The notes under the pieces were generated by a model that was given only the letters and a program-made list of their open reading frames with translations, did not search any database and was not told the DNA's origin. A stretch of 35,226 nucleotides of DNA from Octopus bimaculoides (taxonomy: Eukaryota). The stretch lies in the NCBI RefSeq assembly GCF_001194135.2, contig NC_068996.1, positions 55,499,916 through 55,535,141 of the forward strand, given 5' to 3'. Below, in pieces: positions 33,274 to 35,226 of the stretch. Position numbers and translations under genes: made by a program. How positions within the stretch are numbered: position 1 is the first letter of the stretch; each line of letters begins with the position of its first letter.

Positions 33274-33735
33274 ATAGATCAGAGACAAATAGTGGAGTTC
33301 AAGACATTGTTTATTCAAATTCACTGCAATTGTTGTGACTCATTTTGTAGCTCAGAGGCGAGATGCTGTGCGATCGTCTTGCCTCACAGGCGTAGAAATG
33401 TACCTTCTCAGGTGAACTTTTTTAAACAAGTACCTCACTATTTCTCCTTACCATTTTACCTTGCTTTATAACAATGTATATTTCAGAAAAAACAGTGTCT
33501 TCTGAGAACTGCAACTACCCAGATATTTTACATTGTTATAAAGCCGGGTGAAATGGCGAGGAGTAATAGCAAGGCACTAGTTTAAAAAGTCACCCAAGAA
33601 GGTGCATTCTACACCTGTGATGCAAGATAACTGATTGCACAGCATCTCACAGTTACAGGTGCAGAATGAGTAGAAACAATTGCAGTGAGTTTGAATAAAG
33701 AATTCCATGAATTCCGTTATTTGTCTCTGATCTAT
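33274..33735. mobile_element. ~460-bp MITE with ~150-bp imperfect TIRs
   Basis: ATAGATCAGAGACAAATA is exact at both ends. TTTATTCAAA.TCACTGCAATTGTT, GAGATGCTGTGC.ATC and CACAGG.GTAGAA blocks are mirrored. TSD unclear. Confidence 0.8.
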
Positions 33736-33744
33736 GTACACTTA

Positions 33745-33816
33745 CACTTACACTTACACACACACACACACACGTATGTGTGTGTATGTATGTATGTATG
33801 TATGTATGTATGTATG

Positions 33817-33862
<46 letters not shown>
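33745..33862. repeat. Compound (CA)n/(TATG)n/(TG)n microsatellite
   Basis: Direct reading. Confidence 0.9.
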
Positions 33863-34074
33863 CACATATATGCATAAAACAATGGACATTGTAGAAATTT
33901 CATACACATTTTCCATTTGCTACAAATTTTTTTTTTTTAAATTACAGAGGGTTAAAGTCAGAAAGCAAGATTTGAAAGCTGTCATTTTGTGCGTGATTTC
34001 ATGTGTTGTCAATTGTAAACAAACGAAATGTTGTCATACCTCATGTGTTTTATGCATGTAAGGGGAAAATGGCC

Positions 34075-34310
34075 ACGTGGGCAAGCAGCTTGGTAACAGC
34101 TTGACTTGTTACGTGGCTTTCGATCGGTTAAAATTATCCAAAATTTGCAAACTTTAAAAGCTATTAACTGTTTGTCTATTGGGTTATGGTGAAGATAAAT
34201 TTCACATCAATAAATTACCTTACAAAACTACATCAACAAATCAAATATGAAATCAATTGGAACAAAAATTGCAGGAATTGAAAAGTGGCAGCCAAACAGA
34301 AAAGCTCCTG
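34075..34310 (+). repeat. Dispersed repeat family, copy 3
   Basis: TAAAATTATCCAAAATTTGCAAACTTTAAAAGCT...CAAATATGAAATCAATTGG...GAAAAGTGGCAGCCAAACAGA matches 480-640. Confidence 0.55.
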
Positions 34311-35173
34311 TGGCAGATTACTTCAAAATACTTACAAGGAATAAACGTGTGTGTGTGTGTGTGTTTGCATGTGTGTGTGTGTGTGTATGTGTGTGTGTGT
34401 GCGTGAGTGTGTGTATGTGTGCGTGTGTGTTCATGTTGGATTTTATGTGAAGTTATTTGTAAAAGAATAACAATTTTATATTAAACTGAAGAATTACTCA
34501 ATACTTTTTTTTAGCAGACTACATATTTATGGCGCAAGGAAAAAGTTGACAGTGACTTCGAAGTTTTGGCTTGCTATCATTGGGCTACATACATACATAC
34601 ACATATATTATGTACATATTTAATTACACACACACAGCAATACACATGGTTACTACCCTCCACGAAAATAATTTAATTTGTGTTCGTGGGAAGAACCATT
34701 TCAACGATGCGTACTGCCTTAATTCTTCGAAACGCCGGTGTTTTAATGGTGGCAGCTGATGAAGGAGATGTTTCTATGTGGCTTGCTTGTTTGTTGTACC
34801 TTGTTTATCATTTTGTCCATGTTCTTTTGCCACGTCATGTACCCAGTTATGTATCTATATGTACATGTAGATGAAGATATGTACATACATGTACATATAT
34901 ATGCATATACTCATATATTGTTTATATATATATATATATACATAAAAAATCAAAATAAGCAACATGGATTTTAAAGATGATTTCAGTACGCACGTTTCAT
35001 GCTACTCCATTTAAGTAATGCGAGCATTACATTTAATGCAATATGTAGAGCAATCTTCAGCTGCACAAAAATGTAGAAAAATTACAGTAGAATAGACATA
35101 TTATAATTGTGGCAACATTTAAAATCCAAGTGGGAAGAAGAATACATAAAAATCCATCTTGACATAGCCAATG

Positions 35174-35183
35174 TATATATGTA

Positions 35184-35226
<43 letters not shown>
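35174..35226. repeat. (TA)n microsatellite at the window end
   Basis: Direct reading. Confidence 0.95.

Noticed and set aside
34695-34765. CGAAAC and CTGATGA near each other (possible pLTR relic)
   Set aside because: Wrong order and spacing for a hammerhead, with no supporting helices.

Overview
AT-rich, gene-poor eukaryotic scaffold segment with two assembly gaps (6029-6980, 12902-13541), dominated by microsatellites and decayed transposons. The SINE, LINE and mariner families look like those I recall from octopod cephalopod (Octopus) genomes; this is inferred from recall, not from a database search. No intact protein-coding gene is supported. Recognisable relics: a CR1-type LINE, two Tx1/L1-type LINE pieces, an RTE 3' piece, a Penelope-like element (RT plus GIY-YIG), a D34D mariner, a maT-like Tc1/mariner 5' end, two different hAT transposase fragments, several tRNA-derived SINEs, MITEs and probable solo LTRs. 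The most striking structures are (i) a ~350-bp palindrome with one intact minimal hammerhead-ribozyme motif in each arm (4011-4358) and (ii) a ~976-bp element whose ~190-bp imperfect terminal inverted repeats enclose a ~520-bp telomere-like (CCCTAA/CCCTAAAA) array (1496-2471). Weaker leads are candidate host exons on the minus strand (a microexon pair and a polyQ terminal exon) and a decayed MIF4G-like reading frame. All alignments and translations were done by eye.
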